From: an uncultured Acidobacteriota bacterium
GTDB lineage: Bacteria > Acidobacteriota > Terriglobia > UBA7540
Length of the DNA: 64,000 bases
Direction of reading: 5' to 3'
Assembly: GCA_963838915.1 (NCBI GenBank)
Contig: CAWIUZ010000300.1
Location: forward strand, 3,283-67,282
Positions 9,788 to 19,421 of this stretch are shown here, piece after piece. Positions within the stretch are counted from its first letter, which is position 1. Each line of letters opens with the position of its first letter. A model generated the notes under the pieces. The model saw only the letters and a program-made list of their open reading frames with translations. It made no database searches and was not told the origin of the DNA. Made by a program: the position numbers and the translations under genes.

Positions 9788-11892
9788 CCGCCGAACGCCT
9801 GACCCGATACCAGTCCATTTACGTTCCCCGGGAAAACCGGGGACGTTATACTAGTTTTAGGCGCGACAGGGTGCGCAGCCTGACCTCGACGCACGCCCGC
9901 AGCCGTACTGGAGAAGACTATTGATCGGCTAATTCTTCTTGCCGCCGCCACCCCCGCCTGATGGTGGGCCAAGGACGTCTTGCGCAGCTTCTCGGAGACC
10001 GCCAGCGATCGCGCCGCCAGATCAGTTTTTCCCAATTGCCGGTAGGCCTTGGACAGCAGGTAGTGCAAGTCGCCATCGCGGTCGGTGGAAGAGGCTTTCT
10101 CGAGCTCGGGCACGGCTCGGGTGGGCTGGTCAAGCCGCATATAGGCTCGTCCCAAGCCGGCGCGGGCCGGCAGAAATCCGGGATCAAAACGCACCGCAGC
10201 TTGGAAATATTCAACACTCTTTGGGATCTCGCGATTTTGGAAACACACGCGCCCCAGGAGATAAAAACTAAGCGCCCGCGTAGGGTCAATCTGTAGCGCC
10301 CGCTCGATCTCCGCCTTACCCGCGGCAGTCTGTTTTTCGAAGAGCAAGGCGTTTCCCAGTTGCTCGTGCAAATCCGCTGAGTCCGGATGTGTCTTCAGCG
10401 CGGTCGCGAATTCTGCCACCGCCCTTTTGTAATCCAACCGCGACTGCGCATACTCGCCTTGAATCTGGTGAACGCGCCAGGAATCCGGCGCCAGTTCCAC
10501 CATGTGGCTCAAGCACACGAGGGCAAGCTGCTGGTAAGACAACACGAGCCAGTAGCTGGAGGGCGCGCTCCTCCTGTCACGGTACAAGTTGTCCGCCAAA
10601 GCTGCCGCCGCCGACTCGTCGTCCCCTAGAGCTAATAGTGCCTTGGCCCGCAAAAGGTCCTGTTCCGGACTACGCACTTTCTGCGCCTGAATCCGCTGGG
10701 AACATTCGAGGTAGCGATGCGCAGCGCAGGCGGCCTCAAGCGTTCCAGTTCCGCCGGAAACGGTTTCTTGCGCCATGCTCCAGGCATGCAGGTTTTGCAA
10801 AAACCGGCTCCATTGCTCTCTGGCCTGGTCGCTTTGGCCAGCCGCCCGGTAGATACTTGCCAGCAGAAATTCACGGGCGCCGGAGTCGGGCGCGGACGCA
10901 AGGTCCTGCGCCATCACCGTGGGTTTCGGAGTTTCAACTCCAGCCCCGGGAAAGTCGGTCTGGCGGCTGAGAAAGGGTGGGAAAATATCCCAAACGTGGG
11001 CCACGTTATCGAGGGCCAGGGCCGTGCTGCCGCGTCCCAGATCCGTTGCCGCCAGGCCCATCAGAGCCGCTTCGCTATTAGGGTCATCGTGCAACTCGGC
11101 GCGAAATTCCACCTCCGCGTCTTGCAGCTTGCCCTGCCGCAGCAGCATGGTACCTAAAGCCGCATGTAACCCGGCAATCCTTTCATCCAGTCCCAAGGCT
11201 CGACGGTATTGGGCGGCAGCGTCCACCCACTCGCGTTCCTCAGCCAGAACATCACCCGCCAGTCTCGCCTCCCACGCCGTACCGTAGAACTTTTTTGAGA
11301 TTTCATCGCTCAACTGCTTGGCCATTTCCAGGTAATGCTGTCCCAGGGCATACCAGCCTTCGAGCGGGTCGGGATTCGAGGCAAAAAGCTTCCGATAGGT
11401 CTCGGTTGCGTCGCGGTAATTGTCCTGTTCCAAATAGCTGGCAGCGAGGTTCCGGAGTGCTTCCTGATTCGTCGAATCCTGGCGCAAGACCTCTTCCAGT
11501 GGTGGGATGGCTTTTGCCGGAATGCCCAATTTAAGGTAAACCATGCCCAGAAACAGGTTGGCCGCAATCAGGTGTGGTCGTTCTTTTCGCGCTCGCTCCA
11601 GTTCCACCGATGCCTGTTCATACTGCCCCGCCATGAAATAGTCCAGGCCCAGATTGACCCGCGCCTCGGTAGGATCCGGCCTGAGCCGCAAGACTTCCCG
11701 GTACTCCCGGATGGCGCGCCCGGCTTGCCCCGCGCGGGTGGCTTCCTGGCCTGCACTAAAATGCGCAGCAACTTGGCTGTCAGTGGACTCTGGGTGGGGC
11801 GTGGTTTGCCCAACCGCCTGGCCCGCACCGGAACTGCAAGCTCCGAGCGAAGAAAAAACCAAAGCAATGCAAAGTGTCGTGCGAGCCCTCAT
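9784..11892 (-). CDS. TPR-repeat lipoprotein
   Basis: 702-aa intact ORF with a lipobox 'LVFSSLGAC'. It has many TPR-like units (e.g. 'AIREYREVLRLRPDPTEARVNLGLDYFMAGQYEQA'). The last ~70 aa are non-TPR low complexity. Confidence 0.85.
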   Translation of the reverse strand: MRARTTLCIALVFSSLGACSSGAGQAVGQTTPHPESTDSQVAAHFSAGQEATRAGQAGRAIREYREVLRLRPDPTEARVNLGLDYFMAGQYEQASVELERARKERPHLIAANLFLGMVYLKLGIPAKAIPPLEEVLRQDSTNQEALRNLAASYLEQDNYRDATETYRKLFASNPDPLEGWYALGQHYLEMAKQLSDEISKKFYGTAWEARLAGDVLAEEREWVDAAAQYRRALGLDERIAGLHAALGTMLLRQGKLQDAEVEFRAELHDDPNSEAALMGLAATDLGRGSTALALDNVAHVWDIFPPFLSRQTDFPGAGVETPKPTVMAQDLASAPDSGAREFLLASIYRAAGQSDQAREQWSRFLQNLHAWSMAQETVSGGTGTLEAACAAHRYLECSQRIQAQKVRSPEQDLLRAKALLALGDDESAAAALADNLYRDRRSAPSSYWLVLSYQQLALVCLSHMVELAPDSWRVHQIQGEYAQSRLDYKRAVAEFATALKTHPDSADLHEQLGNALLFEKQTAAGKAEIERALQIDPTRALSFYLLGRVCFQNREIPKSVEYFQAAVRFDPGFLPARAGLGRAYMRLDQPTRAVPELEKASSTDRDGDLHYLLSKAYRQLGKTDLAARSLAVSEKLRKTSLAHHQAGVAAARRISRSIVFSSTAAGVRRGQAAHPVAPKTSITSPVFPGNVNGLVSGQAFGG

Positions 11893-12132
11893 TAGTCACC
11901 CAAGCGCTTAGTGACTCTAGGGCCCCTGCACGGCATCTGTCAAGGCGGGGAAAAGCTTCGCGGCGTGAGCGCAACGGGCGCGTCGCTATGCGCTTTTTGT
12001 CGCTATTATCCTTGACAAAAAGACATGGGGAGTAGTAAAAGCAAGCCTACGCTTCACATTTTGATGTGGCGGGGTGGCTTCCCTTGCTACTGCTTTCCGT
12101 CGGGCTTCGGCAATCCAATCAGGAGGGCGGCG

Positions 12133-15100
12133 ATGCGATCCATTGAGAGATCTTTCATGGGTTTGGTGTGGAGTTTGTGTTTACTCGTGTCCTTTACGCT
12201 GGCAGGGGCGGCTCCGGCCATAGCTCAAAGCTTTTACGGTTCCATACTGGGAACCGTCACTGACCCTGGCGGCGCTGTCATGCCGGGCGCCAGCCTGACC
12301 TTGACCAACCAGGGAACGCAGGAACGGCGGACTGTCCAGAGCGATGAGAGCGGCAATTACCGATTTGTGAACTTGATTCCGGGCAAGTACCGCCTGGACG
12401 TCGAAAAAGCGGGCTTCAAACACCTGGATCGACCGGACATTTTAGTCGAGGTGCAAGCCGATGTCCGCATTGACGTGACGTTAGAGGTCGGCCAGTTGCT
12501 GCAGACCGTGGAAGTGAAGGGCGCAAACTCCGTTGCTGCAAACCGACACCGCGGCGCTGGGCCAGGTGATTAGCCACCCCGAAGAGATGCCGCTGAACGG
12601 GCGCAATGTGCTCAGTTTGGCGGTGCTGGTGCCGGGCGTGATTGCTCAGGGCCAAGCCTATGCCAACCCAACCCTGACCAATAACACGGCTTGGGGGAAC
12701 TACCAGATTAACGGCGGCTTGGCCAATGAGAACGCAGGATTCGTCGATGGCGCTCCCATCAATGTGAACTATATCGACATGTTCGCGTTGGTTCCGACCC
12801 AGGATGCCATTCAGGAGTTTCGCGTGCAGACCAGCGATATGAGTGCAGAATGGGGCCGATTTTCAGGGGGCGTGATTAATCTCACCACCAAGTCCGGAAG
12901 CAATGCCTTTCATGGGGCTGCTTACGAGTATGTGCGCAATACGGTCTAAACGCGAACACCTTCTTTGCCAATGAGGGTGGACTCAGCGTCCCCTCCTACC
13001 AGCAGAACCAGTTTGGGGCGGACCTCGGCGGCCCGATCAGGAAGGATAAGACTTTTTTCTTTGGCAGTTACGAGGGTTTCCGCCAGCGGGAAGGGCAAAC
13101 GACCGTGCAAACTGTGCCGACCGCCGCGAACATACTAGGGGATTTCTCCGCGCCTGGTACACCCACGATTTATGATCCCACCACCACTTGTGGCGCCCCG
13201 GCCAACCCGGGAGGACCCACGCCGCCGGCGTGCGGGCCGGGGGCCAATCTTTACGACCGGCAACCGTTCGCGGGAAACATTATTCCCAACGGGACTAATG
13301 TCTCCGGGGTTCCCTCGCGTCTCGACCCCACGTCAACCATCCTCGCCCATGATATATACCCCTTGCCCAACCAGCCGGGATTGATCAACAACTTTGTGAA
13401 CAACTATTCCGTTGGTGGAGACAACGATCAGGTTAACGCCCGGATCGATCAGAACGTCAGCGACAAGCAACACATCTTTGGCCGTTACACGTATTGGACG
13501 ATCGACGACCTGCCGTTCTATCCTTTGGGACATGTGCCGGATCCGACCCAGTACAAAGCCTCAGACCTTACCCAGCAGATCGTGGTTGCGGACACGTATT
13601 CGTTCAACCCCACGACCGTGGGGGACCTTCACGTTTCCTGGATGCGGTACGATTACAATATCAACCAGCTCACTCAGGGCGTGGACCTTACCACCTATGG
13701 CTGGCCCGCCGCCCTCAACTCCATCCCTTACCGCATGGCTCCGCAGCCCTGTATCTCCGGTTTTGGCGGGGATCCTTGCTATAGCGGGATAATCATCGAC
13801 CGCAACATGGACTATGACGTGGCGGCGAGTCTGACCAAAATCCGGGGAAAGCACACGCTGAAGGTGGGATTTGAGCTGCGCAAGCTGGACGATTCGTACC
13901 TGCAAACGAACGACACTACCGGTAACTTCTATTTCGATAACGGTTTCACTTCGCAAAACCCCACCAACCCGGCGGGGTCAGGCTACAGTTTTGCGTCGTA
14001 CATGCTCGGCAACGGGTCGAGCGGAAGCGCCGATGAAGATGCACTTACCGGTTCGCACGAATGGTACAACGCGTTTTACTTCGAAGACACCTATCAGGTG
14101 ACGAACCGCTTGACCTTGAATCTGGGGGTGCGTGATGACGTGCCCTTTGGATGGGTCGAAAAGTACAATCGGATAAATGTTTTGCAGCCGAATGCGGTAA
14201 ACTTTCTGGCGCAGCCCACGGGCCTGCCCCTCCGGGGCGCGGCGGCGCTCGTGGGCTCCAGCGCGTACCCCGATCAGCATGAATTCACCAATCGGTGGGA
14301 TCTGATTGCGCCGCGTTTCGGGTTCGCGTATCGGGCGACCCACAATACGGTGGTGCGGGGCGGCTACGGGATCTTCCATTTGCCCGCCGATGCGGTTTTC
14401 CAAAACGCACCATTTGCCTCGCCGGTCAACAGTTATGTAACGCCGTGGCTGTCGACCGTCAACGGGGGCCTGACCCCGTATCTGCCGTTCAGCAACCCCT
14501 TCCCGAGCGGCATCATCTACCCCCTTCAGCACAACCCCGCGGCGCTGCAGCAATATCTGGCTGGAACCAACGTCGTAGCGGTGCTCCCGAGTAATTCCTA
14601 TGGGTACATGATGCAGTGGAATTTCAGCGTCGAACACGAATTGGCGCCCGGTACCATGTTGGAAGTCGCCTACTCAGCGTCACGCGGCGTACACCTTCCG
14701 GAAGGCGAGGAGAACTATCCCCTTCCCGATAATTATTTGTCGATGGGCAATGCGCTCCTAAACCAAGTGCCCAATCCGTTCGTCGGATTGATCACCACCG
14801 GACCGCCTTGCGCAACCGACGGTAGTCGCCGAGCAACTTCTGCTCCCAACCCGCAGTATACCGGCTACGGTAACACGGGTAGTGCGATCGGCGACTCCAA
14901 TTATCAAGGGATGCACGTGAAGTTTCAAAAGCGCTTCCAGTCAGCCGGCAACGTTCTCGTCTCCTACACCTGGTCCAAGTGGATGACCAATACGGAAACG
15001 AACACCAGTTGGGAGGAGAGCGACCTGGGCCTTACGACTGGGGGCGTGCAGGACTTCTACAATCGCCGCGCCGATTGGGCGCCGTCGAGTAATGATGTAC

Positions 15101-15659
15101 CGCACAATCTGGTGGTGAGTTACTCCCTCGGCCTTCCCATCGGGCAAGGCAAGCAGCCTCCTGGGCGAGCGCCACGGGGGCCGTCAACAAGCTGGTCTCA
15201 GGGTGGGGCGTCAACGGAATCTATACGCTGCAGAGCGGCCTCGCCCTGGTCATTACGGACGCAACCAACAACAGCTACTCCCTTAACAATGGCACGCAGC
15301 GGCCGAACCTGGTTGCGGGCTGCACGCTTAACACCACCGGATCGGCCCCCTCCCGGCTCAACGAATGGTTCAACCCCAACTGCTTCACCCAACCCGCGGC
15401 CTTCAGTTTTGGCGATGCCCCGCGCGAACTACCCAACACGCGTGGCGGCGGAATCAACAACTCCGATTTCGCGCTCTTCAAAGATACACGTCTGACCGAG
15501 CGCATGAAGCTCCAGTTCCGGGCGGAATTCTTTAACCTCTGGAACCGGGTGCAGTTCGGCGAGCCCGGGCAGATTTATGGCGCTCCAGGTTTTGGGGTGG
15601 TCAATTACCAACTCAATCAGCCGAGGTTAACTCAGTTGGCGCTTCGACTGGAATTCTAG
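12133..15659 (+). pseudogene. TonB-dependent receptor with N-terminal carboxypeptidase-regulatory-like domain, three frameshifts
   Basis: AGGAGG at 12121 and ATG at 12133, followed by a signal peptide. Recognisable segments are 'GTVTDPGGAVMPGASLTLTNQGT..SGNYRFVNLIPGKYRL' (CarboxypepD_reg), the plug 'MPLNGRNVLSLAVLVPGV', barrel sequence and a terminal '...RLTQLALRLEF*'. Frame changes lie near 12530, 12946 and 15150. The summed length is about 1175 aa. Confidence 0.85.
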
Positions 15660-16252
15660 ACGGGAAGAACCAGCGGCGAGTGGAGTTTGGTCCTGGCAAG
15701 ACACTCGACGAAGCCGTAACGAGGGAGAAGACACTAGAAATCTTGAAGTCCAGAATCTGGTGTAAATGAGTCAAGTTCTTGCACCGCAGTAAAGTACTTG
15801 TACACGGCTTCTCGGGCTGGGGCGCAGCCCCGTTAGTGTACTGAGTTAGAAGTCCATTTAAGAATTCAGCCCGCAAAGCGGGTGACATGCCGTCGCCCGT
15901 CGACGCAGCTTTCACGCGTAGCGTTTTGGACAGGAGAGAACACTCGGTCCAGACCGCTGGTGAGGCCAAAGACCTTTCGATAGAGGCCAAAATCGCGGCC
16001 TTCGCTGCATTTCGATGGTTTCGGCCCATAGCAAGCCTCCCGGCGCCGTTTTGGACAGGATCGTGAAGTTATCGGAGACCTGCTTTTCGATGAAACAACG
16101 CCGCATTCAAGATAAAAGACTTATCCCGTCCAAAACGCTATTTCCGGATTGTTTTGGACAACAGTGACATGCCGTAGCCCACGGGTAATAGCATGAACCC
16201 CTATCGTGAGACAATCTAAATAACCCATGATTACCGTTCAATGTTTTTGCCT

Positions 16253-17435
16253 TCACTTCGACCGACCGTTTCTGTCAGACTCGCGCCTGGCTGATGAAGC
16301 GGAAGCGAGCTCTGCTGGAGAGCAACTCGCCGAGGAATAGTCAGCTGGAGACTCATCGATCCGATGGGGCGGGGGGTCCTGAGGGCCCCCTGCTTTCCCG
16401 GTCTCGACACCTGTCGGCGAAGGGTCTTGCCGCATCGGAGAGATAGATTTCCCCATGCCTGGAAAACTCAACGTGACGCTCGCGGCCAGGGAAGTTGTCG
16501 ACGGCGCCAGGGGTCCGGCCGCTTCGAATTCGGCGGGGGAGCGGTAGCCGAGCGCCGAATGCAAGCGGCAGCGGTTGTAATAGTCCTCGATGAACTCCCG
16601 CAGGTGCGTCCGCAGGTCTTCCAGATCACGATAAGCGTGGCAGGAGATTTCCTCCTGCTTGAGCGTTCGGATAAAGCTCTCGCACTGAGCGTTGTCGTAG
16701 GGGTAAGCCGGTCGGCTCATGCTGGCCGTCATGCAGTGCTGGGCCAGCAGACTGGCGTACTCGGCGGCGGCATACTGAATGCCGCGATCGGAGTGGTGCA
16801 CCAGACCGGGAGCGGGCCGGCGTTGGGCAACGGCCATTTGCAGCGCCGCCACCGTCAAGCGAGTTTGCAGGCTGCGGTCCAGCGCCCAGCCCACCGCCCG
16901 CCGGGAAAAGCCGTCCACCACGACCGCCAGATAGACGAACTCCTGCGCCAAACGGAGATAGGTGATATCGGCCACCCAGAGCTGATCGGGGGCGCTCAGT
17001 TGCATCCGCCGCGCCAGGTTGACGTAAACCTGCAGCTCGTGCCCCGCCTCGGTCGTCGCCACGCCACGGCCGCCGCCGCAAAGCCAGCAAGTGGTCCTCC
17101 TGCATCAACCGCACCACCCGCTTGTGATTCACCGCCATACCGCGCCGCCGCAACTCCGCCGTCACCCGCCGATAGCCGTACCGCCGCCGGTGTTCCAGCG
17201 CGATCTGCTGCACCGCTGCTCGCACCGCCATCGCCTCCGCCTCGGGCGCTTTCTCCTTGAACCCCCGGTAATACCCCGCCCGGCTGACTTCCGCGAGTTG
17301 ACACATCCGCTCGACACTCAATCCGCCTTGCCCTGACTCCGTCCCTTTCCCGATGAACCCGTAGACGGCGTCTCGCCACGATCGCTCTGATCCTGGCGTC
17401 GAGCTCCGACTTGCTGCAAGGCTCCTTTGAAAAAA
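16253..17435 (-). pseudogene. IS3-family transposase OrfB (HTH_21 + rve integrase core) with an extra non-programmed frameshift
   Basis: The -1 frame after the slippery site gives 'LSVERMCQLAEVSRAGYYR...YGYRRVTAELRRRGMAVNHKRVVRLMQEDHLLALRRRPW'. The DDE core 'VATTEAGHELQVYVNLA..PDQLWVADITYLRL...HHSDRGIQYAA...GYRSPAEFE' is then in a different frame. The shift lies near 17063 in 'tggcgtggcg'. Confidence 0.75.
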
Positions 17436-17710
17436 TCCAGCTCCAGCGCCTTCTCCGCCAACAGCCGCTTCAACTGCCCGTTCTCCCGCCGCAAAGCCTC
17501 CAGGTCCGTCCCTTTCACCGCCTGCGTCGTCAGCTCCGGCGGCTGCCGCCGGGGCCGCCCCTCCTGCTTCCACTTCCATTGGTACATCATCTTCACGTCT
17601 AAACCTAACTCCCGCCCTAACCCCAAAATGTTCTTGCACTCGCGCATCCGCTTCACCACTTCCCGCTTGAACTCCTCACTGTGCCGCCGCCTTCTTGGCT
17701 TCTCCGACAT
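17318..17710 (-). CDS. IS3-family transposase OrfA (HTH)
   Basis: 'MSEKPRRRRHSEEFKREVVKRM...LRRENGQLKRLLAEKALELDFFKGAL' is a typical IS3/IS911 OrfA with a leucine-zipper region. Confidence 0.85.
   Translation of the reverse strand: MSEKPRRRRHSEEFKREVVKRMRECKNILGLGRELGLDVKMMYQWKWKQEGRPRRQPPELTTQAVKGTDLEALRRENGQLKRLLAEKALELDFFKGALQQVGARRQDQSDRGETPSTGSSGKGRSQGKAD
17429..17435 (-). promoter_or_regulatory. Putative programmed -1 ribosomal frameshift heptamer T_TTT_TTC (IS3 orfA/orfB)
   Basis: The minus strand reads GAT TTT TTC AAA in the orfA frame. A -1 slip yields ...FFQRSLAAS..., which matches the orfB-frame ORF. Confidence 0.55.
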
Positions 17711-18157
17711 CCGTTTTCCTCCATTCACTGTGTACACTATGGGCTAACGAATGTCTCAATTTTGGGGTTCACTCCACAGAAAGCACTGACCGTGGCTAAC
17801 TGCTGTTTCGATACTACTTAAGTAACCCGTACCGTCCCGAGACACTTTCCAGGACACGGGACACTTTACTGGAAAAGTTGGACACGACCGACCGTTACAT
17901 TTTCGCTGTATTTCACACAAATCTATGCTGGTTAACGGCACATTAAACCATTCTCAACGCCGGAAGACCGCGTGCAACGGAGATATATCGTTCCGGTGCA
18001 CCCGCCTGGAGGTGCCCCGCAAGATCGACTGTACGGTGGAACCACTTCTAAGTGGGATAGGCGAATTCATACTTCGGTACGCATATAAACTAGAGCGCCG
18101 CTGTTGTACTTAGTTCGATGCACAGGGAAGAGCTCACCAAGTATGATTCTTTCGTTC

Positions 18158-19039
18158 TCAATTCGGGATGAAGTGAGGCCTCTGGTGAAAAGGATTGTGC
18201 GCGTTGAGTTGGAGGTGTCGTATGCCAAAGGAAATTCCGGATCCGCGCGGCTTCGAGCCGAAGACTTGCTCGTGAAGCCGGACCGCTGCACGCAGTTGGT
18301 CGCGGGCATCTTCCGGGTGCTGAAAGCGACGGCGCGGCAACCGAATTCCCGGACGAGATTCCGCCGCGATATTGGAGTCGCAGAGAAGAGGAAGAATAGG
18401 ATGGTAGAAGGGTGACGTTGAGACCTCAATCTGCCCGCGCTCACTGGCGGATCTGTACTCATCCAGAACTCTGCGGAATAGTTCCACTTCCTTCTCACGC
18501 AGCACGGACTTATCGGCCTCGCGATAGCCCCGTTCCTGCGCCACGAGTCTTCTGATCTGCGGGTCGCCCGCCAGGTAGATTTCATCAAACCAGGCAAGCT
18601 GCGAAAGCAGTTGTAAATCGAGCAGGTCTTGCGCCGAGAAGAAACGCGCAGAGGAGGCGAGGTCCGCATTTCGCGATTTGTCCCACAATTCGCGGAAACG
18701 CGGGTAGCGGCTGAGAAGGTTCTGATGGTTAATCTGGAAAGCGGTTTGCAAAAGGAAGTCACGGTCGTCCTGGCTTAATCTTTCGGCAGGCTTGAACGAC
18801 ACCTCATACTGGCGCTCGAGCGCAGTCTGCTGCGCGTAATCCTGCACCTGCACCACCAGCGAAGGTACCAGATTGAAAGTCATGTGGACGGTCGGGAAAT
18901 CGCGCAGCATCGCCACCATGCCGAAATAGTCCTTCAACGCGTGAAGGCGCGTCCAAGGCATAGTGTAGCGGCCTTCCGCCAGGTCCTTGTAGAAGGGCTG
19001 GTGCATGTGCCAAAGCAGCATCAAGTAGGTCTGGGCCAT
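18158..19039 (-). pseudogene. Glycoside hydrolase family 57 (alpha-glucan-active), 3'-truncated
   Basis: 'MAQTYLMLLWHMHQPFYKD...WTRLHALKDYFGMV...VSTSPFYHPILPLLCD' is the GH57 N-terminal catalytic region. The frame closes after about 293 aa at 18158 and no convincing continuation follows. An IS3 lies about 400 nt further on. Confidence 0.7.
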
Positions 19040-19123
19040 AAGAAAGTAATCGGCAATCGGTAGTTTTCGTGTACGAGCGGCGTCAAGTCGCCCCTGCGAG
19101 GCTGCGGGAAAACTCTTGAACAC

Positions 19124-19153
19124 TGTCATTCTGAGCGCAGCGAAGAATCTCGG
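19124..19153. repeat. REP-like family B unit ('tgtcattc[ct]gagcg[ac]agcga[ag]gaatc')
   Basis: 'tgtcattctgagcgcagcgaagaatctcgg' is the same unit seen at eight other loci in this window. Confidence 0.8.
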
Positions 19154-19230
19154 CAGTTGTATATTCACGGAACTACAGAGATCCTTCCTTCGTTGCACTC
19201 AGGACCGCCTGCGCCTGCCCCGAAAATCAG

Positions 19231-19294
19231 GTCATTCCCGCGTAAGCGGGAATCCATTGGAGACTCAATGGGTCCCCGCTTTCGCGGGGACGAC
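19231..19294. repeat. REP-like family C composite (two hairpins)
   Basis: 'gtcattcccgcgtaagcgggaatccattg' plus 'ggtccccgctttcgcggggacgac'. The same composite recurs at 58290-58361. Confidence 0.8.
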
Positions 19295-19421
19295 AGCAAC
19301 CGGCTACGAACCGCGAGGTCACAACGCCGCTACAAAACCACCAACCCGTGTGCTACGATGAAAGCGAGGACGGCGCGAGGGACATCCGTTTCAGGCCCTC
19401 TTTCCGCCCGCGTCAGGAACC

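Larger units (their letters stand above)
16194..17771 (-). mobile_element. IS3-family insertion sequence (1578 bp)
   Basis: Terminal inverted repeats are 16194-16215 'tgaacccctatcgtgagacaat' and the reverse complement of 17750-17771 'tgaaccccaaaattgagacatt' (TG...CA ends). It has an orfA/orfB organisation with a slippery site. No target duplication was recognised. Confidence 0.85.

Noticed and set aside
12013-12040. Sigma70-like promoter (TTGACA ... TAGTAA) upstream of the TonB receptor
   Set aside because: The -35 is perfect, but the best -10 candidates match only 3 of 6 positions at non-ideal spacing. That is too weak to annotate without transcript data.
15613-16029. 138-aa minus-strand ORF downstream of the TonB receptor
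   Set aside because: It has no recognisable motif, overlaps the receptor's 3' end, and sits in a repeat-motif region. It is treated as non-coding.
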